A stretch of DNA of 64,000 bases from assembly GCA_043228905.1 (NCBI GenBank), contig JBHGNT010000009.1:12958001-13022000 (forward strand), read 5' to 3'. This document shows, piece by piece, positions 1-12,029 of the stretch. The DNA comes from Azolla caroliniana. Taxonomy: Eukaryota; Plantae; Polypodiophyta. The notes beneath the pieces are model-generated. The model did not search any database, was not told where the DNA came from, and was given only the letters and a program-made list of their open reading frames with translations. The number at the start of each line of letters is the position of its first letter. The first letter of the stretch is position 1. The position numbers and the translations under genes were made by a program.

Positions 1-66
1 GTTCCACAACCACTTGAAGGTCTAGGTCGAAGGACTAACCGCAAACCGTGTTCCTAATCGGTAACA
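1..66 (+). mobile_element. 3' end of a gypsy-type LTR (same family as the LTR at 4741-5164), inserted into the 3' region of a copia element
   Basis: Bases 1-54 match 5112-5164 (gttccacaaccacttgaagg...gtgttc). The segment ends in ...ggtaaca and is followed directly by copia tail sequence homologous to ~19027 onward. Confidence 0.75.
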
Positions 67-1989
67 ACCCTTTCGGTCGGCTTGTCTACTCGTGCGACCT
101 TTCTTAGCTCCCTTAATGTTGCGGTGTTGGTGCCTGTTCCACTGCCCTTTCCTCCGCTTGGCCTTCAGTTGATTCGGTGTCTCCGAATCGAACATTCGAA
201 CCGAATCGGCAGTCTCCGATTCATTTCCGCTCTTGCCCGAATTGGCTGTCTCCAATTCGTCTTCTATCTTCCGGCCCTTAATGACATCAGGCCATGTCTT
301 GGTCTTGGCCTTCTCGCCCTTCTTCGCTTCATCTCGCCCTTGTTCGATTGATTCCGACTCTTCCCTTCGATTGCTGCCCTTGTTTCCACCTTCGGCCTCT
401 TCAGCCGACCCAAAATCGAATTCTTCATCCGACTCGGCTTCGCAGTCACTTCCTCTCCTTTCCTGGTCTTTTCTCCCCCTCAAATTCGGCACATTGAGGT
501 GCCGCAAACCAAGCGCACCCAAGAATTGCCGCAACTTGTCGAGACGAAGGGGCTTGGTGAAGATGTGGGTAGTCTGCCGATCTGTCGGAACATACGCTAG
601 TTCGACTTCACCGGAGAGGACACGCTTGCAGACAAAATTGTAGTGCACCTCAATGTGCTTGGTTAGGGCGTGGAAGACGGGGTTCTTCGCAAGTTGGATG
701 CTGCTAAGGTTGTCGTAGTAGATCATCATCGGAGCGGACACCTCCACCTGCAGATCCTTGAGTAGCCTCTTTAGTCAAATGGCTTCGCACATCGTGATAC
801 CCGCTCCTCGATACTCAACCTCTGTGCTTGACAGTGCAATTGTCAGCTTCTTCTTGCTACTTTAGGCGATCGTGGCCCTCCCAAGTGAGAAAGAGAACCC
901 ATATTTGGACCTACGAGCACCGGCGTTTTTAGACCAATCGGAATACGAGGAGCCGATGAGCTGTTCGGCAATACCAGTCCGATATAGCAGCGCCCTATCC
1001 TTAGTTTCGTGGACATAGCGCAATATCCTTTACACGCATTGAAGGTGTTTGGTCGTGGGCTGCGACATAAATTGACTGACCAGGCTGACCGGGTAACTGA
1101 GATCTGGCCGAGTGATCGTCAAATAAATTAGGCTTCCAACAATATGTCGAAACCGTGTCAGGTCGCACGCCTTTCCCGAATCTCGACGAAGCTTGACGTT
1201 TCTGTCCAGAGGAATTTAGATGGACTTATAGTCTACCATCTCGAACATGAAGAGCATACTCAACATGTTATGTCGTTGGCTGATCAGTATGCCTTCGGGG
1301 GTGCAGATCACTTCGATCCCTAGGAAGTAATGAAGGTCTCCTAGGTCCTTCATGTTGAATGATGCTGCGAGCTCAGACTTTTTGTGGCCGATTTCATCTA
1401 GGTCGGCGCCAACGATGACTAAATCATCAACATAAAGTAAAATACTAACTGGTTCATGTCAAGCTTGTCGGACAAACAATGAAGAGTCCGATTTGGACAT
1501 TGCAAACCCATCCAACCCAGGGGCTGCGTGATCTTTGCGTTCCACGCTTGCGAGGCTTGTTTTCATCTGTAGAGGGACTTCTTTAGTCGGCATACCGCGG
1601 AGGTGTTCTTTCCTGACTGAAATCTAGGGGTTTGTATCATGTACCCTTCTTCTTCAAGTTCTCCTTGCAAGAACACATTCTTTACATCCACCTGATGTAA
1701 ATGCCACCCTTTTACCGCGGCTACCACAAGCAAGACCCGAGCGATTGTCATGTTCGTGACCGGCGCAAAGATCTCATCGTAGTAGATGTCGTGTTGTTGT
1801 GCGTATCCCTTTGCCACTAACCGGGCCTTGTCACGAGTTGTACTTGACCTTGTACACCCACATGCATCCAATCGGCTTTACACCCTTCGGGGCGTCAACC
1901 AAGTCCCAGGTTTCATTTTTCGTTAGTGCATGCATCTCTTCCTCCATTGCGGCACGTCTATTTGTGTCCTTCACCGCTTCTGCATAGCT
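67..1989 (-). mobile_element. Degenerate Ty1/copia RT-RNase H fragment with acidic/basic C-terminal tail
   Basis: Translated motifs [30 protein letters not shown] and NPVFHALTKHIEVHY, broken by stops and frameshifts. Homologous to 18913-21200. Confidence 0.92.
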
Positions 1990-2065
1990 TTACGAGCACA
2001 TCTAGTGTCGGTTCGGTTGTCCGATTGAGCTCATCAATGACCAGGGGAGTCACTTTCTCAATACG

Positions 2066-2755
2066 GTGGTTCGGGAACTAACATATCATTACGCCGTAGT
2101 CCACAAGAGGAGTACGCCGTATTATCCACAGCCCAATGGGTTAGCGGAATCCACCAACAAGACGTTGCAAACCATGTGGAAGAAAATAGTCAATGAAAAT
2201 AAAACGGACTGGGATACCAAATTACAGAGTGCGTTATGGGCGTACAGAACCAACTACAAAACAAGCATACAGTCCACACCGTTTCGACTAGCGTTTGGGT
2301 TGGAGGCTATAATGCTGATCGAATTTCAGATACCCAGGTTGCGGATTCAGGTACGGGACCAACTTTCGGAAGCCAAGTCGGAGGAGGTACGGCTCCACCA
2401 GCTACTCGAACTCGAGGAACAACGCATACACAGCATGGCTGTGTTGGAGCAGGAACAATGGCGTAAAGCGTTTGTGGATCGACATCGGAACGCAAGGGAA
2501 AAGGAGTTCGCCGTCGGTCAAGCGATGCTGGTTTTCCAAACCCGCATGGGCCATATGCCAGGGAAGTTACGATTCCGTTGGACCGGCCCGTACTGGATAA
2601 TTGGAGCGGAACAAGGCACGTTCCAATTAGGTACGCTGGCCGGGGAAGTAGTACGGCAAAAGGTGAATGGGTTTCACCTTAAACCTTACTTGGGCTCTAC
2701 GCCACCTAACCCATTCACCGCCAAACAGGACAGAGGCGGAGAACCCGCGGCGTAA
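2066..2755 (+). pseudogene. Gypsy integrase, C-terminal half (rve core and GPY/F region)
   Basis: Motifs DQGSHF just upstream, STPYYPQPNGLAE, ALWAYRT, TPFRLAFG and KLRFRWTGPY. Confidence 0.9.
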
Positions 2756-2856
2756 ATCAAGGGCCCCACTTGTACCATAATGTAAAAATAGGCTATATAT
2801 AACCATTACGGAAAAAAAAAAAAAAGAGAAGATAGCAACACAATTAAAAGGACTAA

Positions 2857-4660
2857 TTGCATGTACAGACTCCTAGTTCAAGAACACGCGGCACCACGAT
2901 GGCTCACCGCCCAATGAACCCTAAGCCACAAAAAGAAGGAAATAGAAGATCTTCTACACAAAACAGAAACCCACCTTCTCGCTATCAGCGCTTCCATCGC
3001 TCCTTCCCCTCACCTTCTCCTCCATCCTATCACAGAGCTCCAGCCCACCCGTCTCCTTCCCACGAACCTACTCTGGCGATGTCGATCTTCATCTCTACTG
3101 CCTTACGTCGATGGCTCGTGGAGAAACGCATGGATGGGTACATCCGGGTCGCAGAGGCACCCCCACACCCGGATGCCATGGACATCGCCAGGAAGCTTAA
3201 CATCGACACGGTCACCAACTCTTCCATCCGGAAAAAGTTGGACCTGTCATCTCTAGGCGAAAGGCATTTCGAAATACCTCCTCGAGAGGCGTTGCAGCGA
3301 TATTTCGGGCCCTATTCCTCCTCCTCCAACGCCTATAGAACAAAGCAGATCCCGGATCCCTTCTTCCATGAGGTTGCCAAGTTCCTGTTAGAGGTCGGAT
3401 GCGTACATGTCAACACATATGGGATGCCCAAACAGAAGGCGGGCGTCCTTATCGATACCTTTGAGGGGCGTGCGGTCGATTGGGGGTCCATCACGTGGCC
3501 AGCGTTAAGGGAAGGCCTGCATGCGTATCAGGCAGGGAAAAAGCTCAGGCCGATCATACAACAGTACCTTACAGTACTATTCCCTCCCCGAGGCCTGTCG
3601 GCACCGCAGCCCAGCCGACCCATGCCCCCGGCCCGATCCACGAAGCGTAGATTAGCGGAGTTAGCGGCCCCAGACACACAGACAACAACTCCCGCCTAGC
3701 CAGACACACGGACAATGCAGGAGGAACGGCCGGCACGTTCAGTGGAAGCAGCCCCAGCGCCAGACACCGAAACGACGTAGATTAGACAGGAAATATGGGC
3801 AGGGCTTGGTCAAAGACGTCCCCACGACAGCAGAAACAATGACCGAAGGTGATGGCTCCGCAGCTACGGAGCCCAATACCACCTTTGAAATCATCCGGGA
3901 GCCACGACCGATCATTACGACCCAGTCCCAACGAGGGAAAGCCGTATTGACGGCGGAAAGCGAGGTTTTGGCATATCCAGATATCCCGAATACAACCCAT
4001 GAGTTCAACGCCCTCTTACAGTTCGGAACCTCCTTTGAGCTCATCGAATTCCTGGCAACACAACAGATAAAAGCCTCCCAACGAATGGTCGAGGAGCACG
4101 CGGAGCGCCAGATGATCGAGCGTGCCCTAACACAAATGGTGGAGAGCAATGATGAGGACCGGCTAGCCAAGGTCAGCAAACGGAGGAACGACGGGGTACG
4201 CCGACTTGGGATGGAGCTACCCCCACTAAACACGGCCCTAGTCGAAGTCCATAGGGAACTGGCAAAGGTCAGCACGAGCGCCAAGGCGATGGCCATTAAA
4301 AATAAGAATGTCTGGAAGAAGGTGAAAATGACTCAAGCCGAGCTGCAAAAGGCCAACGAACGCATCGCGGAGTTGGAAGCTAACGTGACTACGGCGCAAC
4401 ACGCAACTCCGCCACCAAACCCCACCATCGATGCTTTGAAGGAAGAAATTGAGGCTCAGACCGCCATTGCCTCAAAAGCAAAAAGGGTTGTGCAGCTAGC
4501 GGAGCCCAATCCCCTAGTTCAAGAAGAACCCACCAAACCTGGACCGCCCAGACACGACGACTGCAACACCGGGAGAAACCGTGCCGACCAAACAGGGGAG
4601 CCGCACCACGATGCACCTAGGGACCCTACAGCGCCTCCGGACATGGACACCGAAGCATAG
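2857..4660 (+). pseudogene. Accessory (post-pol) ORF of the gypsy element: globular N-terminal domain plus coiled coil, broken by a stop at 3699 and an internal deletion near 4500
   Basis: ORFs 2857-3699 (likely ATG at 3079) and 3806-4660 closely match copy B ORFs 7065-7961, 6200-6559 and 5133-5396. No gag or pol motifs seen. Confidence 0.65.
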
Positions 4661-4740
4661 CCAAACATCTGGGCCATTTTAAAAGAAGATTAACGGGATG
4701 GGTCCAACGTGCCAGGGCACTGTCCCACAGGCGTGCAAGT

Positions 4741-5164
4741 TGTTGTCCGCCGGAATAGTAACCGACGGACAAGAGCGTAGGAATAAGAAATAATATAAGA
4801 TCATAACGCATATAACGGTTCACACAGGAAGCGTGAACGCCTAATTAGTCCATGCGTATATAAAGGGCTGAAAACCTCTGATAGGGGGATCGTGTAATTT
4901 CGAATTGTAAAGAAGCGTATCATAATAGAATTCTATCTTCTCTGAAAATCTGTGTAAAGCTACGGCTAATCTATTGTGTGTCTAGAATAGTTGAGCGTGT
5001 AAGAACGTAAGTGTAACCATTACTAAGGAGTCGATTGTAGCCGTCTCCCTTATACGTTGATAGGTTACAAGGAACATTCCCCTACGCATTACGCATAGAC
5101 GCTTATTCGTTGTTCCACAACCACTTGAAGGTTTAGGTCGGAGGACTGACCGCAGACTGTGTTC
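4741..5164 (+). repeat. 3' LTR of gypsy copy A (3' end truncated)
   Basis: TG start, TATA box, and a 3' part matching window positions 1-54. It is preceded by a tRNA-like motif rather than a PPT. Confidence 0.75.
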
Positions 5165-8100
5165 TGGCCCGGATGTTTGGCTCTGCTCCAATGTCCACGT
5201 CCGAAGGCGACGTAGGGCCCGTAGGTGCATCGTGGTGTGGCTCCCCTGTTTGGTCGGCATGGTTTCTCCCGGTGTCACAATCGTCGTGTGTGGGCGGTCC
5301 AGGTTTGGTGGGTTCTTCTTGAGCTAGCGGATTGGGCTCCGCCGTCGTCGTGCTTGCGGTCGGCCGTGGCTCTGTCTCAATCGTTACTTCCTCCATGGTG
5401 TCGGTCGTCTTTGTACGTTCCGAGGAGTGGGGCTGCGATTCCGCTTGGCCCGCACCGTTCTCCGTGTGGTCCGATGATAGCGTGGGCTCCTACGGATGGA
5501 GCTCCTCTTGGGCAGCGGTTTCACTGTCTGGTACTGTGGGGGAATCTGCTCGTCGGTCCTCGCTATTCACCGTCATTGTATTTTCTGGTGCTCCGGCCTA
5601 AGGTTCCTCTTCTTCGGCCATGCCGGAATTGGCGTCGCGCTGGATTCCTCATATGTTCGCGTGGTGCCGGTTTCTGTGATCTGGTGAAATAGCTCCTCCT
5701 GGCTTTCACCAAAATCATCTAAGAGTTGCGCGAGTTCTTCGGAATGTTGGTCCGCTAGCGCACGATAGTCTTGCACTAGGTCCTCACGTATGGCCGCAAT
5801 GCTCTCCTCATTTAGTTTATAGAAACCTTGGCCGTCTTTTTGCCGGTTCTCCCAGTCCGCACGATACGCATGCAATTCCGCTGCTTGGGTTGCCCACGCA
5901 ATCCATCCTTTGTCCAACGCCGTTTTCAATTGCGTTGTGAACTGCTCCCGATTTGTTTGGAGAAGGATATGCACGTTGTCTGTGATGGCCTGGCAACGGT
6001 TGCATGCGTCTTCCATCGACTTCTGGAGGTTTGCAATTTCTTGCTGCCTAACCGCCGTCGGTTCTTCGTATGTGAACTTCAGGCCCGCCCATAACTGGGA
6101 TTCCTTTGCATGTTGTTCTTCTAATTTCCCCATTTCATTGTTTAGGCGGATTTCAAGTTGATCCCTTCTTTCCTATTCGACCACCAGCTGCTCATCGAAC
6201 TACACTTTCTTTTTCTCTAATAAGGCCCGGAGTCCCACGATTGCCACCTTTGATTTCTTCGCCTCATCCCGTAATTGGGCGTTTTTGTCTTTTGTCCAGA
6301 TGTGTTGAGCTACCTCCGTAGTGAGTTTCTCTTCAAGGGTTTTTATTGCCTCCCAACCGTTAGCCCGGATCTCCTTTTCTCTGTCTGAGGATTGGCGCAG
6401 TTCAGCTTGAAGGCGATCAATTTCTAATTCCGCTAGCTGCACGGCCCTTTTTGCTTTTGACGCGATGGCGGTCTGAGCCTCAATTTCTTCCTTCAAAGCG
6501 TCAATGGCGGGGTTTGGTGGCGGAGTTGCGTGTTGCGCCGTAGTCGCGTTAGCTTCCAACTCCGCGATAGTGTTCGTTGGCTTTTTGCAGCTCGTCTTGG
6601 GTCATTTTCACCTTCTTCCAGACATTCTTATTTTTAATGGCCATCTCCTTGTTGCCCGTGCTGACCTTTGCCAGTTCCCTATGGACTTCGATTAGGGTTG
6701 TGTTTAGGAATTCCATGAGCTCAAAGGAGGTTCCCAACTGTAAGAGGGCGCTGAACTAATGGGTCGTATCCGGGATATTTGGATATGCCAAAACCTCGCT
6801 TTCCACCGTCAATACGGCTTTCCCTCGTTGGGACTGGGTCGTAATGGTCGGTCGTGGCTCCCGAATGATTTCGAAGGTGGTATTGGGCTCCGTAGCTGCG
6901 GAGCCATCGCCTTCGGTCGTTGTTTATGCCGCCGTGGGGAAGTCTTTGACCAATCCCCGCCCATCTTTCCTGTCTAATCTACGTCGTTTCGGTCTAGGGC
7001 TATCCTGCCGTGTTTCGGTATCTGGCGCTGGGGCTGCTTCCACAGAACGTGCCGACCGTTCCTCCTACGTTGTCCGTGTGTTTGGCTGGGCGGGAGGTGT
7101 TGTCTGCGTGTCTGCTTGGGCGGGTTGGGGTTTCTCTTCCCACTCTGGGGCCGCTAACTCCTCTAATCTACACTTCGCGGATCGGGGTGGGGGCGTGGGT
7201 CGGTTGGGCTGCGGTGCCGGAAGGCCTCGGGGTGGGAATAGTACCGTAAGGTACCGTTGTATGATCGGCCTGAGCTTTTTTCCTACCTGATACACATGCA
7301 GGCCTTCCCTTAACGTTGGCCCCGTGATGACCCCCCAATCGACCGCACGCCCCTCAAAGGTATCGATAATGACGATCGCCTTCTGTTTGGGCATCCCATA
7401 TGCGTTGACATGTACGCAGCCGACCTCTAACAGGAACTTGGCAACCTCACGGAAGAAGGGATCCGGGATCTGCGTCGTTCTATAGGCCTTGGTGGAGGAG
7501 GAATAGGGCCCGAAATATCGCTGCAACGCCTCTGGAGGAGGTATTTCGAAATGCCTTTCGCCTAGAGATGATAGGTCCAACTTTTTCCGGATGGAAGAGT
7601 TGGTGACCGTGTCAATGTTAAGCTTCTTGGCGATGTCCATGGCATCCGGGTGTGGGGGTGCCTCTGCGACCCGGATGTACCCATCCATGCGTTTCTCCAC
7701 GAGCCATCGGCGTAAGGCAGTAGAGATGAAGATCGACATCGCCATAGTAGGTTCGTGGGAAGGAGACGGGTGGGTTGGAGCTCTGTGATAGAATGGAGGA
7801 GAAGGTGAGGGGGAGGAGCGATGGAAGCATTGATAGCTAGAAGGTGGGTTTCTGTTTTGTGCAGAAGATTTTCTATTTCCTTCTTTTTGTGGCTTAGGGT
7901 TCATTGGGTGGTGAGCCATCGTGGTGCCGCGTGTTCTTGAACTAGGAGTCAGTGCATGCATTTAGTTCTTTTAATAGTGTCGTTATCTTCTCTTCTTTTT
8001 TCTTTTTTCTCTTTTTTTTCTTTTTTCTCTTTTTTTTCTTTTTCTTTTTCCGTGACGGTTATATACATCCTATTTTTACATTATGGTACAAGTGGGGCCG

Positions 8101-9960
8101 TCCATTTACGCCACGGGTTCTTCGGCTCTGTCCTGTTTGGCGGTGAATGGGTTAGGTGGCGTAGAGCCCATGTAAGGTTTAAGGCGAAACCCATTCACCT
8201 TTTGCCATACTACTTCCCCGGCCAGCATACCTAGTTGGAACGTGCCTTGTTCCGCTCCAATTATCCAGTACGGGCCGGTCCAGCGGAATCGTAACTTCCC
8301 TAGCATATGGCCCATGTGGGTTTGGAAAACCAGCACCGCTTGACCGACGGCGAACTCCTTTTCCCTTGCGTTCCAATGTCGATCCACAAATGCTTTACGC
8401 CGTCGTTGTTCCTGCTCCAACACAGCCATGCTGTGTACGCGTTGTTCCCCGAGTTCGAGTAGCTGGTGGAGCCGTATCTCCTCCGACTTGGCTTCCGAAA
8501 GTCGGTCCCGTACCTGAATCCGCAAACTGGGTATCTGAAATTCGACCGGCATCACCGCCTCCAGCCCAAACGCTAGTCAAAACGGTGGTGTATGTCGCTC
8601 CCCTGGTGCGACTTGCTCCTCGCGGCCCGGCCTCGTTTGTCGGAACGCACGCGGTGGTTGTTGTTGGTCCCGTCGTTGTTCCTAGCGCTGCTTATCTCCC
8701 GAGCTTTCGTCCTAACGCCGGTGATCTCGATATTGCCGCGTCTTACCATGATAACCATTGAAGCCGCCCCGTTTGGTTGTCGGCCGGTGATTCTCGTAGC
8801 GCCAGCCCCCTTTAGCATAACTCGGATGTCCACGATAATCCTCGTCCTCTGGTTCGTCTTCCTCGGAATCGTTGTGATTTCGGCGATTCCGGTGGTGCCA
8901 GTCGTCCCGTGGGTTGCGATCCATATACCGTGGTCGATCTTCTTGCCTCCTTTGTTCAGTCTGGCGTTTGTGGACGTTGGTTGTCCATGCTGCGGACTGC
9001 GGGAGCAGTTCTGTTCAACATATTGTATTCGCATTGTTCGACTGTGTGAGCCTTCGAGTGGCAGATTGGGCAATGGATTCGCATATTGCACTCCACTGCG
9101 GAATGCCCCGAGTTCAAGCAAATTGTGCACTCGATTGCTTGACGAAACTGGCGTTCCTCGTTCTGGGGTAACGATTGTCGTAAGGAGGACATAGAAAACC
9201 TTTCCTCCTCCTCGTCCAACTCAAGCTGTAACGCTCGTTCAATGACCATATCCGTCGTTTCCCCTTTCACGCTATTTGTGTTGAGCGTTGCCCAAATGGG
9301 TGGACGTAATGCTGCCAGAAATGTTTCTCGAGCCTCGTACTCCGCGGGGCTCCGTTCTAGTTTCCACGGTAAATTTTGGAAATGTAAGTTGAAGTCTGCA
9401 ATCGTCTCGGTCGGCAGTTGCTTAATCGTGTAGAACTATCCGAGGATTTCGCGTTGTGGAATCCTCCGATGGAAGAACCGTAAGAAAGCGGACTGCAACT
9501 GATCGAAGGTTGTGATTGCTGGTAAATCCATCTGTGAATGCCAAAACGTCGCTCGCCCATCCAATGTTAACCTGAACTCCGTCATTTTCGACTGGTGCGC
9601 TACCATCTCCGAAAGGCTCTACGCCATGTGGTTCACATTCCAGACATTAAGGAACATGCGAATATGGGTTGCGGAGTCGGTTTCGCCGTTAAAGCGGGGA
9701 TATGCAACGGCGGGTCAGGAAACACCACGGGGTGGTTGTGGTGAGCGTACTCCCCACGTATCGTCGAGGTATTTGGAGAGCGAAGAATCACCTTTGTAAT
9801 CACGGCAGGTAGTACTGAGGTTGCTGAGGTGAGGCTTTTGCCATGCGCTTTCTTCTGCCTGGCGTGTGACGGACCTCTTGATTGGCCGGTCTTGTCGTGT
9901 TGGTTCTCTAGGGCGTCTGCGGCTAAACATCCATTCGTCATTGCGCATATATGAGAAGAC
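5165..9960 (-). mobile_element. Internally deleted gypsy element (copy B), tail-to-tail with copy A: gag, integrase C-terminus and accessory ORF; no LTRs seen
   Basis: Gag motif YPRFNGETDSATHIRMF and two CCHC knuckles (CTICLNSGHSAVEC, CPICHSKAHTVEQC). Gag is fused near 8588 directly to the integrase C-terminus (8106-8588), so PR, RT and RNase H are deleted. 5165-8588 is the reverse complement of a diverged copy of 2276-4676. Confidence 0.85.
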
Positions 9961-11432
9961 ACAGATCACCAAGTGTCTTTAGCGGCATCGGCCATCTCCG
10001 CGCCTTTGTGCTGGACCGAGTCTCTCGTGTCCTTGGCCATCTCTTTTGCTCTCTTGGTTTCCATATTGTCTGTGAGAACTGCTTCCCATAGTGATGTGTC
10101 CACCTCGCCATAGCTATGTGTGCACCTTCACCTGTCTGTCTCTATCTTCTTTTAATTTAATTTAATTTTTATTTTCTTGTCCTATTTTGATTTCTCTACT
10201 TCTCTTCTTTCTCTCGCCGCTACCTTTGTCTATTTGCTTGTCTGTTCGTCGGCCATCACTCTGTCCGCCGGCCATCATCATTTGTCCGGTTGTTTCTGTC
10301 GGCGTCATCCGTCAGCTGCTTGGTTGCCTGTCAATGCGTCTGTCCAACCGGCTCTATGCGGCTGTCTCTGTACAACGGCCAGCTATCGGACGTCTATGTC
10401 TGTGGCCATCACCATCCCTCGACCTGGCCATTTTAGTCCACTGGCCGTTACCATCCGCCGGTCATCCCCTCTGGTCGGCTGCCTCGGCCGAGCTCTCTTT
10501 GGTTGTCTCAACCAGCCCGTCTGCCGACTGGCCGACTCTGTCGTCTCTGTGTCTGGCGATCATCATCTGCCAATAGTCTGTCTGGTCAACTGTCGGACCA
10601 CCTGTCCGTCGACCGACTGTCCGGCCAACTATTGGACGTCTACTAGGCCGGTTGTCGAACATCTGACCAACTAGTTGTCAAGCCAATTGTCAGCTATTCT
10701 TTGTTCAGCCATCAGTTGTCTCTATTCGTCGGCTGGCCGACTGGTTGTTGGGTCAGCCGTGTCCGGCTGTCTCCACCATCTTTGGTTGCCTCGATAGGTC
10801 ATGTCTAAGAAAACAGAGTGATGAGGTTCAACAATTGTGTGAGTGGCCATGATGGCTTCATCGAATGGGAGATCTTACACATTGGAGAGAGGAGAAGCAT
10901 CCCATCGACAGAGATTGAAATTCCCCTCGATGCCCCTCAAGAAGAAACTCAATCTTTATCATTACCGATGGGAGAATGCGAAGTCTATTGCTCTACTTTC
11001 GTAGCCAGATTTGCTGATTCCATGAGATGGATGAGAAGGCATATGCCTCCACCGAGAGGCTTTCCGAAGAGGAAGAAAAGCAAGTCTTTTAATGGAGCCT
11101 CTGATTTCTTCAAAGCAAGGAAGGCAATGAAGTCCATTGCAATAGCATCAAGATTAGTTAGGAATCCTTCAAGACCATCCGATTTGCCGAGCAGTAAGGA
11201 TCAGAGCGATCAAATAATTTTGATGCATCTTCTTCCTCTTCGAACTAGTGGGGATGATGATGAAAAATGAGTGCTTCTCATGCTTCTTGGCTTGCTTTCA
11301 TGCTGGACCTCCATTTTTGTAGAGTTTTTTCTCTACCAAAATACAGCCAAGCCAAAAAGTAACCAATCTTGTTGCAGAGGATAGGAGAATGTTGGGGAGG
11401 AGTCGTTCTCATCAAGAAATTCTGCAGAAATC

Positions 11433-11475
<43 letters not shown>

Positions 11476-11724
11476 AAGAAGCAATGCATATTATTTAAAG
11501 CTTGTTTTTTCAAGAACCAGACACATACTTTTATAAGCATCCTTCCTTGCTTCAAATCAATGCAGCAAAAACTTGAGCTCTGTGTCTCTCATCACACACA
11601 CACAACTCTCAACACACAATAGACATACGTACAAACACACAAGGAGGGAGAGTGAGGGACTAGTGACGGAGAGGGAGAGAGAGGAATGGAGACGTGACTT
11701 CTTCTCAAGGGAGGGTCGTCCGTT

Positions 11725-12022
11725 CGGGCGTGCCAAAAGTGTTGTTGGGGTGGGGGGTGAAGCCTAGAATGCCTTCACCCCCCCTCCCAAGGGGATTACA
11801 ATAGAGAGAACTAAGGAGAGTGAGAATACAAGATGACACCAAAAATGAGGGGAAAAAACTATCTTCATTACATGCCCCATAAGGGGTTTATATAATACAT
11901 AATGTAACGATAAATAATGACCGTTACACTCTTGTCACATGCACATAATTGTGCATGTGCTCACACATACTCATCCTCACACACTCATATACATATTACA
12001 CATATTGAACAACCCTTCAACG
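11725..12022 (-). mobile_element. Gypsy-type LTR (~11740-12022) followed by a tRNA-Arg primer-binding site (PBS); internal region extends leftwards to about 10 kb
   Basis: Minus strand reads ...caacaacacttt-TGGCACGCCCG (11735-11725). A minus-strand TATATAAA lies near 11890 and a hairpin ggggggtgaagcc/gccttcacccccc lies near the U5 end. Confidence 0.65.
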
Positions 12023-12029
12023 TGTTTTA

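Larger units (their letters stand above)
1990..5164 (+). mobile_element. 5'-truncated non-chromovirus Ty3/gypsy element (copy A): integrase, accessory ORF region and 3' LTR
   Basis: Integrase core followed by two non-pol ORFs and an LTR starting TGTTGTCC at 4741 with a TATATAAA box near 4857. The LTR lacks its last ~12 bp. Confidence 0.85.

Noticed and set aside
10177-11270. ORFs of 129-165 aa
   Set aside because: No recognisable motifs, and they lie in low-complexity internal sequence of a decayed LTR element.
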